Source of the DNA: an uncultured delta proteobacterium
Lineage (GTDB): Bacteria; Desulfobacterota; Desulfobacteria; Desulfobacterales; JAFDCJ01
Assembly: GCA_963769935.1 (NCBI GenBank)
Contig: CAVYNY010000022.1
Span: 544,001 to 608,000, forward strand
Direction: 5' to 3'
DNA length: 64,000 nucleotides
Both the position numbers and the translations under genes were made by a program. Below are positions 51,301 to 59,694 of this stretch, piece by piece (position 1 is the first letter of the stretch; the number at the start of each line of letters is the position of its first letter). The notes beneath the pieces were generated by a model. That model had not been told where the DNA came from, did no database searches, and saw only the letters and a program-made list of their open reading frames with translations.

Positions 51301-51862
51301 CGTCCAAAACATTAAAACTATAAAAACCAAAAAAGGCGACCTGATGGCCTTTGTCACCATCGAGGACATGCACGGGGCGGTGGAGGCAATCGTCTTTGCG
51401 CGGGTCTTCGCGGATGCCAGGGACTTGCTGGTGGAAGATCACGCCCTGCTCATCCAGGGGCAGGTTCAAAAAGACGAGCAATCGGTAAAGATTCTGGCGG
51501 ACACGGTCATCCCAATAGAAAAAGCCGAAGAAAGCTGGGCGGCAAGCGTCCATTTCAATCTGGAAACCAGCCGCACGGACCGGGCAACCCTGACGCACCT
51601 GCACGATATTCTCGAGCGGCATCCGGGTTCCTGCCCGGCGTTTTTGCATTTGCGCAGCCCCGATAGTACGGACTCCATTATCGCCCTGCCGGAAGGTCTG
51701 AAGTTGAAGGCCGGCGGTGCCTTGCGCCGGGAAGTCAACAACTTCCTCGGTTATCGTGCCGTGGAAACCCACTGCAGCGCGGTGCCCGCGGCAGCAGCCC
51801 TGAATGGACTTAACCGCAACAGCAGAAAGGAGAAACCATTTAATGGCGGATTCGGCAGGTAA
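48314..51862 (+). CDS. dnaE: DNA polymerase III alpha subunit
   Basis: PHP HLHVHTQYSLLDG, GRGSAAGS, PDIDVDF and FNKSHSAAY; alternative start at 48284. Confidence 0.98.
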   Translation: MTTASVPDFVHLHVHTQYSLLDGAIRIEDLLQRTADFGMHSVAITDHGTMFGAVEFYEKAVKAGIKPIIGIEIYVAPRSRFDKTPLDSKGLSHLILLAENQEGYRNLCKLATAAQLEGFYYKPRIDKQLLKAHSKGLIGMTACLHGEIPLRIREGSMTQADEAAREYQAIFGEKNFFLEVQNNGIDIQERVNESLLDMSRRLSIPLVASNDCHYLQREDVRAHDVLLCIQTGKTIHDNDRLKFRTDQLYFKSKEEMQAYFNSYPDALSNTVDIAKRCNLEFDFNTYHFPKFDTGTEHSADDLFEEKVRQGFVRVMARVKDKTPGVDEQIYRKRLDYEIDTIKEMGFPGYFLIVSDFIRHAKESGVPVGPGRGSAAGSLVAYSLGITDLDPIAHGLIFERFLNPARKSMPDIDVDFCIDGREDVYKYVVDRYGGGDYVAQIITFGKLKTRAVIRDVGRALDIPLREVDAIAKMVPDVVNISLDDALKQEPRLAELVEKDPNVADLIRICRVLEGLPRHASTHAAGVVIADRPLVDYLPLYRGKKGEVVTQFDMKIVEKIGLVKFDFLGLRNLTVIANALALIKRQGKSPPDLENIELTDADTYRLLSAGDTTGVFQLESSGMKDLLVRLKPETFDDIIALVALYRPGPMESGMVNDYVACKHGKKAVEYMVPELEPVLKETYGVIVYQEQVMKIAGELAKYTMAEADDLRKAMGKKIPEIMAQHRHRFVQGAQDNNIPGEKAKNLFDLIEKFGGYGFNKSHSAAYALIAYQTAFLKAHFPVEFMASLLTSEMHSTDGVVKFIAECRNHDIPILPPDVNKSDIEFAVDGSRIRYGLVAVKNVGENAIESIVACRADQTFESLFDFCERVDLKKVNKRVIESLIKCGAFDSTGARRSQMMAALESALDYGQRVQRERNDPQMGLFDLGESQPSINAPALPEIEEWDEKQLLAFEKESLGFFLTGHPLTRYEDILDKFTNADAISIKELKDGGVVRIGGLVQNIKTIKTKKGDLMAFVTIEDMHGAVEAIVFARVFADARDLLVEDHALLIQGQVQKDEQSVKILADTVIPIEKAEESWAASVHFNLETSRTDRATLTHLHDILERHPGSCPAFLHLRSPDSTDSIIALPEGLKLKAGGALRREVNNFLGYRAVETHCSAVPAAAALNGLNRNSRKEKPFNGGFGR

Positions 51863-53201
51863 TGTTTACGCGGTTTTGCTGGCCGGCGGAACCGGCACCC
51901 GGTTGTGGCCGGTTTCCCGCGAACTGTACCCCAAACAGCTGGTTAAATTCATCGGCAATGATTCCCTGGTGCAAAGCACCATCAAGCGGCTGACGCCGCT
52001 GCTGGACCTGCAAAACGTCAGGGTGGTCTGCGGCAACCAGCATTATCACGAAATTGCGCGTCACATTGAAGATATCGGAGTTGCCTCGAAGGATAAAGTC
52101 ATTCAGGAGCCCAGCGGCCGCAACACGGCGCCGGCCATCTTGCTGGCAGTCTCTTATATTCGTGATCCGGCGGAAAACGGAATCATCTGCGTTTTTCCGG
52201 CCGATCATGTCATCGGCAACATCGGCGCCTTTCACGAGTGTCTGGCAGCGGCCATTGACCTGGCCGGCCGGGGTTACATCGTTACATTCGGGATTCAGCC
52301 CAATTATCCCGAGACCGGATACGGCTATATCGAGGGCGGAGCCGCGGTATCCGACAGCGCTCTCAGGGTAAAGCGTTTTGTGGAAAAACCGGACCGGCCG
52401 ACCGCTGAAAAATATATCGATGCCGGCAATTTTTTTTGGAACAGCGGCATGTTCGCCTTCAAGGTGTCCGTTATTCTGGAAGAATTTAAAAAATACCAGC
52501 CGCAGATGCTGGCCGCGATGGAAGCCATGTTTGCGAGCGACCGGCCGCTTGCCAAAGAAGACTATGATCGGCTGGAGAATATCTCCATTGACTACGCCAT
52601 CATGGAAAAAACCGACAAATGTGTCGTGCTGCCGTCCGATTTTGCCTGGAGCGACATCGGATCATGGAAGTCTTTGTATGATTTTCTGGAAAAAGATGAG
52701 AGCAACAACGTCCTGGACGGCGACGTCATCGCCCAGGACACCCGCAACTGTTTTATCCTCGGTCATGACCGCCTGATCGCCACCAACCGGCTGCAGGATA
52801 TGGTGGTGGTGGAAACGCCGGATTCCATTTTTGTCTCGGACCTCGAGCACAGCCGGGATGTGAAGTCCATCGTGGCCGAATTAAAAAATCGGGGGCGCAA
52901 GGAGTATCAGCAGCACCGCACCGTGTATCATCCCTGGGGCATTTCAAAGCTGCTCGAGCAAAGAAGCGACTATTCGGCGGTCGAGCTGACGGTTTATCAA
53001 AATAGTTTTCTACAACTGCCGAATTCAGATGTTGGCATTTTGCATTTCTTCGTCATGAGAGGGGAGGCCAGAGTAAGCACCGCATCCCAGGAGAAAAGCC
53101 TGAGTTCGGGAGACTCCTTCACGTGGCGGGCACAGGAGCCGGTGCGCATTGAGAACGCCGGCAAGGAAGAGGTTTATCTGCTTCAGGTGCAGTTGGCTTG
53201 A
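51843..53201 (+). CDS. manC: Mannose-1-phosphate guanylyltransferase with C-terminal cupin (ManC type)
   Basis: LAGGTGTRLWPVSR..PKQ, GRNTAPAI, FVEKP and WSDIGSW; AAGGAG RBS. Confidence 0.92.
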   Translation: MADSAGNVYAVLLAGGTGTRLWPVSRELYPKQLVKFIGNDSLVQSTIKRLTPLLDLQNVRVVCGNQHYHEIARHIEDIGVASKDKVIQEPSGRNTAPAILLAVSYIRDPAENGIICVFPADHVIGNIGAFHECLAAAIDLAGRGYIVTFGIQPNYPETGYGYIEGGAAVSDSALRVKRFVEKPDRPTAEKYIDAGNFFWNSGMFAFKVSVILEEFKKYQPQMLAAMEAMFASDRPLAKEDYDRLENISIDYAIMEKTDKCVVLPSDFAWSDIGSWKSLYDFLEKDESNNVLDGDVIAQDTRNCFILGHDRLIATNRLQDMVVVETPDSIFVSDLEHSRDVKSIVAELKNRGRKEYQQHRTVYHPWGISKLLEQRSDYSAVELTVYQNSFLQLPNSDVGILHFFVMRGEARVSTASQEKSLSSGDSFTWRAQEPVRIENAGKEEVYLLQVQLA

Positions 53202-53277
53202 AAAGTTAGAAATCTTTTCATTTTCAAACTATAGCGGGCTCAAGCTCTAGCGGGCTTTAACGAGAGAGGTTACGGAC

Positions 53278-54773
53278 TTGAAGCGTAATTTGCATTCAGA
53301 CGACCCGTCTGTCCCAGCGCGCGATGCAATGCTGCGCAGAATCCAGGAACTTGAAGAAAGATGTCGGCGGGCCGAAGATGCACTGCGCACATTGGAAGAA
53401 CGGGATCGGCTTCTGGGTGACAGCGCCCCGTTCGGAATTTTTGTCGTCGACATCGAGGGCCGTGTTTTCGGCGCCAATCAGAAAATGCTGGACATGCTGG
53501 CCTGGCCGGCGGGCCGGGATATCACACAGCTGAATATATTGAAACATACCCCCCCTGGTGGATTCCGGTGTCGCCGATGCGTTTCGGCGGTGCATGGAAA
53601 ATAGAATAGCGTGACCAGCGATCATCCCTGCCTGCCGGGCGCGATGGATGCTTGCATCTGCGCTATCAAATCAGTCCGGTGATAGACAAGGATGGAAGAT
53701 TTTCAGGAATTATCAGTCTTTGTCGAAGATGTCACCGAACTCAAACTTGCCGAAGAAAGCCATCATCGCCAGTGAAAAAAAATACCGGCTGCTGTTCGAA
53801 TCCGCTCCGGTGGCCATGATCGAACGGGACGCCAGCGAACTTAAGCAGCACCTGGAGCAGCTCCGGGCGGAAGGCATCTCCGATCTGCGCAGTTATTTTG
53901 ATCAGCATCCCCAGGAACTGATCCATTGCTCTGGGACTTATCAAGACCGTTAGACTGCAACAGCGCCTTCCTGGACCTGATGGAGGCCCAAACCTGGGAT
54001 GAAATCGATCGTGGCTTCAGAATGACCAACAGCCCCGATGATTTGATGCGAATGGCGCAGGAAATCATCATGATGGTGGCGGATGGCAACATTTCCAACG
54101 AGCGCGAAGAGACGTTTATGACATTAAGAGGAATCAAAAAGAGTATTCTGGCCAAATCTCTGCCGCTTTCCGGCCATGAAGACACGCTGTCGCGCATCTT
54201 GATCGCCATGGTCGACATTACCAAGCGCAAAGGGCCGAGGAGGCGCTGCGCGCCAGCGAGCAGCGCTTCCGCGAGCAGGCCATGCGGGACAATCTGACCG
54301 GCCTCTATAACCGGCGCTATCTGTACCAATCGCTGACCGATCTGATCGAACGCGCCAAAGTCAACGGATCGGTTGTTTCCGTGATATTCATGGATCTCGA
54401 CCACTTCAAAGCCGTCGTGGACACCTACGGCCATCTCAACGGAAGCCGGGCCATCAAAGAGGTGGCCGAAGCCATTCGGGCGTCCCTTGAAAAACCGGCT
54501 TACGCCGTGGCATATGCCGGCGACGAGTTCGTGGTGGTCCTGCCCGGTCTTGATCCGGCTGCGGCCATCGAACAGGCCAGAAATATTCAGGCGCGGATAA
54601 AAAATCAGGTTTTTCTGCACGACCAGGGTTTTGAGGTCCGCATCCAATCCAGCTTCGGCATCGCTGCCTTCCCGGAGCATGCCGACGACATGACGAATCT
54701 ATTGACCGCAGCGGATCATGCCCTGTTCGATGCCAAGGTCGCCGGAAAGGACGGCATAAAATTATTCAGTTAA
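53278..54773 (+). pseudogene. PAS-PAS-GGDEF diguanylate cyclase, multiply frameshifted
   Basis: PAS fragments spread over several frames; RDNLTGLYNRR, DLDHFK and AGDEF in 54282-54773. Confidence 0.8.
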
Positions 54774-54797
54774 ACCGGCAGCCCGGCTTTTACAAGG

Positions 54798-55080
54798 CTA
54801 ACGTTGCATAAATATTTTTAACTCTTTATGTGCGGTAGAAGCAAGATTGTCTTTTTTAGCGAGACGATGCTGGATGCTGGATGCTGGATGCTGGATACTG
54901 GATACTTGATGCTGGATATACTGGAATTCCCCGCGCGTGAGATCCAGAAACAACCAATATCCAGAAACCAGTATCTCTCCGAGGCGTAGGCTCTCCGAGC
55001 CGGAGGCCAGGATCACGTAATATTGCTAATGACTTTTATTACAACGGTTAATTTCAAGAAAATATTTTATGCAACTTAAG
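54798..55080. mobile_element. MITE-like element containing a CTGGATG array and a REP-like palindrome
   Basis: Imperfect terminal IR GTTGCATAAATATTTT / AAAATATTTTATGCAAC. Confidence 0.6.
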
Positions 55081-55189
55081 GGTAAAGTCGGGGCTAAGAC
55101 CTCACGCCACAATAACTTCCTATTATATACCCCGCTGCAGCACCTCAAATTTTAAAAAAGCATTCATTCGGAAGCGGCTTCGAAGCGCT

Positions 55190-56197
55190 TTACTTTAAGC
55201 AGCTTTTATAGGCCGCAGAGGCCTCCCGGTAGAGGAGATTTTCCTGCCCCAGATACCGGGGCGAGAAGTGAAAAATGCTGAACTGCCTGGCAGCCGCCCG
55301 GGCAGCCAACTCACCGGCCTGGCGGGCCGTGAGATGGTGCTTTTCACCGGCAATCGCCTGGTCTTTTTCCAGAAAAGCCGCTTCGATAAAGAGGTGATCG
55401 GAATCTTCGGCAAATGCGACTATTTTCTCATTGTTGTCATCGTTGTACGCCACATCGGTAATGTAGGTGATTTTCTGCCCCGGGGTGATTAATGCGATCT
55501 GCCCGGCGAGTTTTCCCAGTTCATACCGGTGGGGGGCTCCTTGTCCCGGGCGTCGGACTTCAAATGGCGCTGCCGGATCGGTACGCGCGTATACCGCCTG
55601 TTTAAAATCCGTCAACCAGGAGCCCGGCTCCAGGCCCAGGTTTTGTATGCCGTCCTTGATGATGTTGATGTGAAAACGCTCTTTGACGGACAATCCCAGG
55701 CAGGGGATTTTATGGTCGAGGATAATAGCCGAGACCTTAAACGCAGGCTCTGCATGCAGGACGCCGTTAAACGGCCGGCGGAGCGCTTGCCGGTCAGGCT
55801 CAAACCGGTCCCGGCAGGGAAACTCACGGTAAAGCGTGAAATCCGGATGGACTTCGGTGACCTGCAGGGTGAGCGGATAGTTGAAATTGTCAACCAGGTT
55901 CCAGGTATAACCGGCCAGTTTGCCGGCTACATTGTTTAAAAAGCCCGGGGGGCCGGCGAGGGCAAGATTGATTTCGCGTCCCAGCAAATGGCGCAACAGG
56001 CGGTCAAAGCCGATAAAATGATCCATGTGGGTATGCGTAATAAAGGCGTGGCTGATTTTGAGAAGATCTCCGGCCGGCAGGCCGCTGATGTCACCAAGAT
56101 CAAAGATCAGGGCACGTTTTTGGAACAGAAAGGGAATAAAAAGACCGGGATCATCAAAAGGACCGTTGGTGAGCCGGGGATGAAAGCTGGGGCGCAT
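55190..56197 (-). CDS. RNase Z-like metallo-beta-lactamase fold hydrolase
   Basis: THTHMDH, YITD, IEA.F, HLT and HFSPRY. Confidence 0.85.
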   Translation of the reverse strand: MRPSFHPRLTNGPFDDPGLFIPFLFQKRALIFDLGDISGLPAGDLLKISHAFITHTHMDHFIGFDRLLRHLLGREINLALAGPPGFLNNVAGKLAGYTWNLVDNFNYPLTLQVTEVHPDFTLYREFPCRDRFEPDRQALRRPFNGVLHAEPAFKVSAIILDHKIPCLGLSVKERFHINIIKDGIQNLGLEPGSWLTDFKQAVYARTDPAAPFEVRRPGQGAPHRYELGKLAGQIALITPGQKITYITDVAYNDDNNEKIVAFAEDSDHLFIEAAFLEKDQAIAGEKHHLTARQAGELAARAAARQFSIFHFSPRYLGQENLLYREASAAYKSCLK

Positions 56198-56619
56198 TAC
56201 AGCGGCATATATTTTTTAACTTGCTGATTGATGGTGAAATAAATTTCTTCATCGGACCCGAAGATATCCACCACATCTTTTTGGTTGATTAGTGTTTCAA
56301 TAACAAATGCGGTGACATAAAGGCTCACAATCTGGGGATTGGGAACTATATTCCGGATCGGTGCAATCTGGTAATCAATATCAAAATCCTCCGAGCGGCC
56401 CAGTTTGTCGAGACATTTTTGTAATTGTGCCTCGAGACTATTTTTGTTGGTCGTCTCAACCAGATTGTTTTCTACCAGTTTCGTCGCAATCCCATTGGCC
56501 AGGGGTTCCGCGCAATCCCTGACCTTGCTGATTGCCAACCGGCGCATGTGCTCCTTGGTGGATTCAATTTTAGATAAAATGTTTGATTCGCGCGTACTTG
56601 GACGAAATAGCTTGGCCAT
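56197..56619 (-). CDS. Hypothetical protein (possibly DUF507-like), translationally coupled to the RNase Z-like gene
   Basis: AGGTGG RBS; TAATG stop/start overlap. Confidence 0.75.
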   Translation of the reverse strand: MAKLFRPSTRESNILSKIESTKEHMRRLAISKVRDCAEPLANGIATKLVENNLVETTNKNSLEAQLQKCLDKLGRSEDFDIDYQIAPIRNIVPNPQIVSLYVTAFVIETLINQKDVVDIFGSDEEIYFTINQQVKKYMPL

Positions 56620-57148
56620 GGCATGCCACCTATCACCTATTAGATTGAAGATTGTTTATTTGTGGTATTCTATCTATTTAACAATGCCTGAATTGACCAC
56701 CCCCGATTTCGGCTGAGTTCACCTCGCAAGTGTCTGCGCCTCGGCAACAGGATGGTCTTCTACTTATCGACCACCGAATAATAATGTTTAGCAACCAGGA
56801 TTGCAAGTAAAATATAGCTGCTTGCAGGGCATTTTTATTCCAACATTGTAAGCCTGGTCCTCTGGGCCAGGTAAGAGAAGCTTGGCTGAGCCGTAAATGT
56901 ATATCGTGGAATGATGGAACACTGGAATGTTGGCCCGCCCTGGCGCGATTCTCCTCTGAGTTGTTGCCTCTAGTGCGGTAATTAAAATTTTTATTCGAGT
57001 AGGCTATCTATGTAATCGGTCTGGGCCAGGGAATACTGAAAACCCGCGTTTGGCGGAATTAGATTTTTTTCTATATTGTTGCGGAGCTCAAAAAACTAAA
57101 ATCAGATCATCATCCGCTTTTTATTCGCTTTATTCAATATTCCATTTT

Positions 57149-57216
57149 GCTCTCCGATCCGTAGGCTCTCCGATCCGTAGGCTCTCCGATCCGTAGGCTC
57201 TACGAGCCGGAGGCCA
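57149..57216. repeat. 16-bp tandem repeat x3 running into a REP-like motif
   Basis: GCTCTCCGATCCGTAG x3; CGTAGGCTCT(A/C)CGAGCCGGAGGCCA also occurs at 54985-55009. Confidence 0.85.
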
Positions 57217-57247
57217 CCATTCCATTTTTCCATGGATTAATTAGGGA

Positions 57248-58966
57248 TTACAGCAGGTCTTCAACGATAATCTGGGCGGTTTTTTTTCCGTTCCACCGGT
57301 TCCAGCGGAGTTTGAAGACCATTTTTTCGAAACTATTCTGCCGGGCCGTCCGGTCATCGACATTGAAATGGATGGCTTGCAAGGGCGGGACGTTCCGAGC
57401 CGCTGATTGTCTTAACATCATGCGGCGGTGGTTTTTGCCAATAATTTTTGACGATACGACCTTAACGTTGGAAGAGATGAATAGCGGTTCGGGGTTGCCG
57501 GCGCCGAAGGGCACCAGGGATTGAATTTCATTGAGCAGGTCGGGCGAAATGGCGGCGAAATCCAGTTCACTGTCAATTTGCAACCTGGGTATTAAGTGTT
57601 TGCAGTGCGATACCTCCCGGACGGCTTCTTCGAAGGCGATTTGAAAGTCTGCCATGTTTTCCTCCCGGATTTTCATTCCGGCCGCCATGGAATGCCCGCC
57701 GAAGTCTTCCAGATACGGCTTGCATGCTGCAAGGGCCGCGTACAGATCGACTCCGGGGACACTCCGGGCCGAGCCTTTTCCCAGCCCGTCTTTGGTAGCA
57801 ATCAAAACAACCGGACGATAATATTCATCCATTATCCGCGAGGCGACAATCCCCAGCACGCCGGCGTGCCATCCGTCCCGGCTCAAAACCAGCGAACTGT
57901 GCTGGAGCAGTGAGGGATTGATATCCAAATAAGCGCGAATGTCGGCCAGGATTGTTTTTTCCAATGCCTGTCGCTTTCGATTCAGCAGATCGAGTGTTTG
58001 CGCGGCCTGGGCGGCAAAATTGACATCCCGGGTGGTCAGCAGATCCACCGCCCTTGAAGCATGGTCCAGGCGACCGGCGGCATTCAGGCGAGGCGCCAAC
58101 CTGAAGGCGATATCCTCGGCATCGAGGGTATCGTTGCGGATGCCGCTGACTTTCAGCAAGGCCGTCAGGCCGGGACGCTGCCCGTCGTTGATCAGTTCAA
58201 GGCCGGTTTTGCACAGGATGCGGTTTTCCCCGATAAGCGGCACCATGTCGGCCACCGTTCCCAGAGCCACCAGATCACAGTAGTTTTTCAGATTGGGCTC
58301 CGGACGCTCCTGCCAGAAGCCTTTTTCCCGCAGGTAGGTTCGCAGGCAGATCAGCAGATAAAATGCCACACCCACGCCGGACAGATTTTGCAGCCCCGCC
58401 GGGCAGTCGTGGCGTTTCGGATTAATTACGGCCAGGGCCGGAGGTATGTCGGATCCGATGTTGTGGTGATCGGTAATTATCATGTCGATGCCGAATCTGC
58501 TGGCCGCTTTTGCTGCCTGGCGGCTGCCTGAACCGCAGTCGGCGGTAATGATCAAACTGAATTTATTGGGGCGAACATAATGCGATATGTGCTGCGGCAG
58601 GATACTGTAGCCCTCATTGATCCGATGGGGAATGTAATATGAAACATCTGCACCGGTGTAGCGCAGAAAATCGAGCAAGATAACGGTGGCAGTTACGCCG
58701 TCGACATCGTAGTCCCCAAAAATCAGGATTTTTTGATTGCCGGCAATAGCGGCGTAAATCCGGTCGACGGCCGCTTCCATGCCGATCAGGGAAGAAGGCG
58801 GGCGTAAATTGTTCAATGAAACGGTCAAAAAGTCGCCGGCATCCGATGCCGTTAAAATGTTGCGGTTGGCCAGAAGCATTGCCGTCAGCGGATGGCAATT
58901 CAATTCCCGGGTCAGCTTTTTAACAACCGTCGGATCCGGCTTAAGGATGTGCCAATGTTTTTTCAT
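57248..58966 (-). CDS. recJ: ssDNA exonuclease RecJ
   Basis: GDYDVDG, ITDHH, LGTVAD, PRLNAAGR and GGHSMAAG. Confidence 0.96.
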   Translation of the reverse strand: MKKHWHILKPDPTVVKKLTRELNCHPLTAMLLANRNILTASDAGDFLTVSLNNLRPPSSLIGMEAAVDRIYAAIAGNQKILIFGDYDVDGVTATVILLDFLRYTGADVSYYIPHRINEGYSILPQHISHYVRPNKFSLIITADCGSGSRQAAKAASRFGIDMIITDHHNIGSDIPPALAVINPKRHDCPAGLQNLSGVGVAFYLLICLRTYLREKGFWQERPEPNLKNYCDLVALGTVADMVPLIGENRILCKTGLELINDGQRPGLTALLKVSGIRNDTLDAEDIAFRLAPRLNAAGRLDHASRAVDLLTTRDVNFAAQAAQTLDLLNRKRQALEKTILADIRAYLDINPSLLQHSSLVLSRDGWHAGVLGIVASRIMDEYYRPVVLIATKDGLGKGSARSVPGVDLYAALAACKPYLEDFGGHSMAAGMKIREENMADFQIAFEEAVREVSHCKHLIPRLQIDSELDFAAISPDLLNEIQSLVPFGAGNPEPLFISSNVKVVSSKIIGKNHRRMMLRQSAARNVPPLQAIHFNVDDRTARQNSFEKMVFKLRWNRWNGKKTAQIIVEDLL

Positions 58967-59174
58967 TAACCGGCCATATATCCTAAATGATGCCGGTCGA
59001 CAAGTCAAAATAGTTCCGGCCCATTACTCAGGCCTTGCAGCCTTCAGCTACCGCGCCGCCAGACACGAAGTGGGGATATGCCGCCGAAATTTTTGTCGAA
59101 TTACCAGTGACGCCGGCAATATCATTTTACGCTACCCTTTGCGCCTGAGGGGTGAACCATGACCGATTTTTTTA

Positions 59175-59202
59175 TTGAAAAAACGAATGACATGGTTATA
59201 CT
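59175..59202 (+). promoter_or_regulatory. Putative sigma-70 promoter
   Basis: TTGAAA-N16-TATACT upstream of the DUF4911-miaB genes. Confidence 0.45.
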
Positions 59203-59265
59203 AAATGATGTTTTTAATTCTTCTTAACGTCGCATAAATCTGCATATTTATTTGTATTCGTTTTT

Positions 59266-59526
59266 ATGGCAACAATAAACAAATTTACCGAATCTGCCAA
59301 ACGATGTTATCGTGTTGACCGCCGCGAGATTGCCTATTTAAAATTCATATTGGAAGCTTACGACGGGCTGGCAGTTGTCAGCACGCTGGACCCTCAAGGG
59401 GGAATCATCGTTTTGCACATCTCACCCGGCTGTGAACCGGACGTAGAGACAATTTTGCGGGATCTGAATCGGGATATCATGATGGAGCCGGCGCAGCCGC
59501 CAATAGAACTGAAGATTGAAGATTGA
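59266..59526 (+). CDS. DUF4911 family protein
   Basis: IAYLKFILEAYDGLAVVSTLD. Confidence 0.8.
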   Translation: MATINKFTESAKRCYRVDRREIAYLKFILEAYDGLAVVSTLDPQGGIIVLHISPGCEPDVETILRDLNRDIMMEPAQPPIELKIED

Positions 59527-59694
59527 AAATTTAACTATAGGGTTATCGGTTCGCCCGTTTGCCGGTATAGCGGGACGGGCCAACGGGCACAACGGGGAAA
59601 CAGGCCAACCGGTCTCATCCAGGATTGACGCAAATGCGCAGACCTCATAGGATACCTTATGCTGCCTAACCAGTTGTAAAATTACCGAGACTTT

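Noticed and set aside
48314..51862. Intein or intron in dnaE (and recA)
   Set aside because: Lengths are normal and no splice motifs were seen.
16683..57216. CRISPR array interpretation of the tandem repeats
   Set aside because: Units are 7-16 nt, directly adjacent with no unique spacers, and there are no cas genes.
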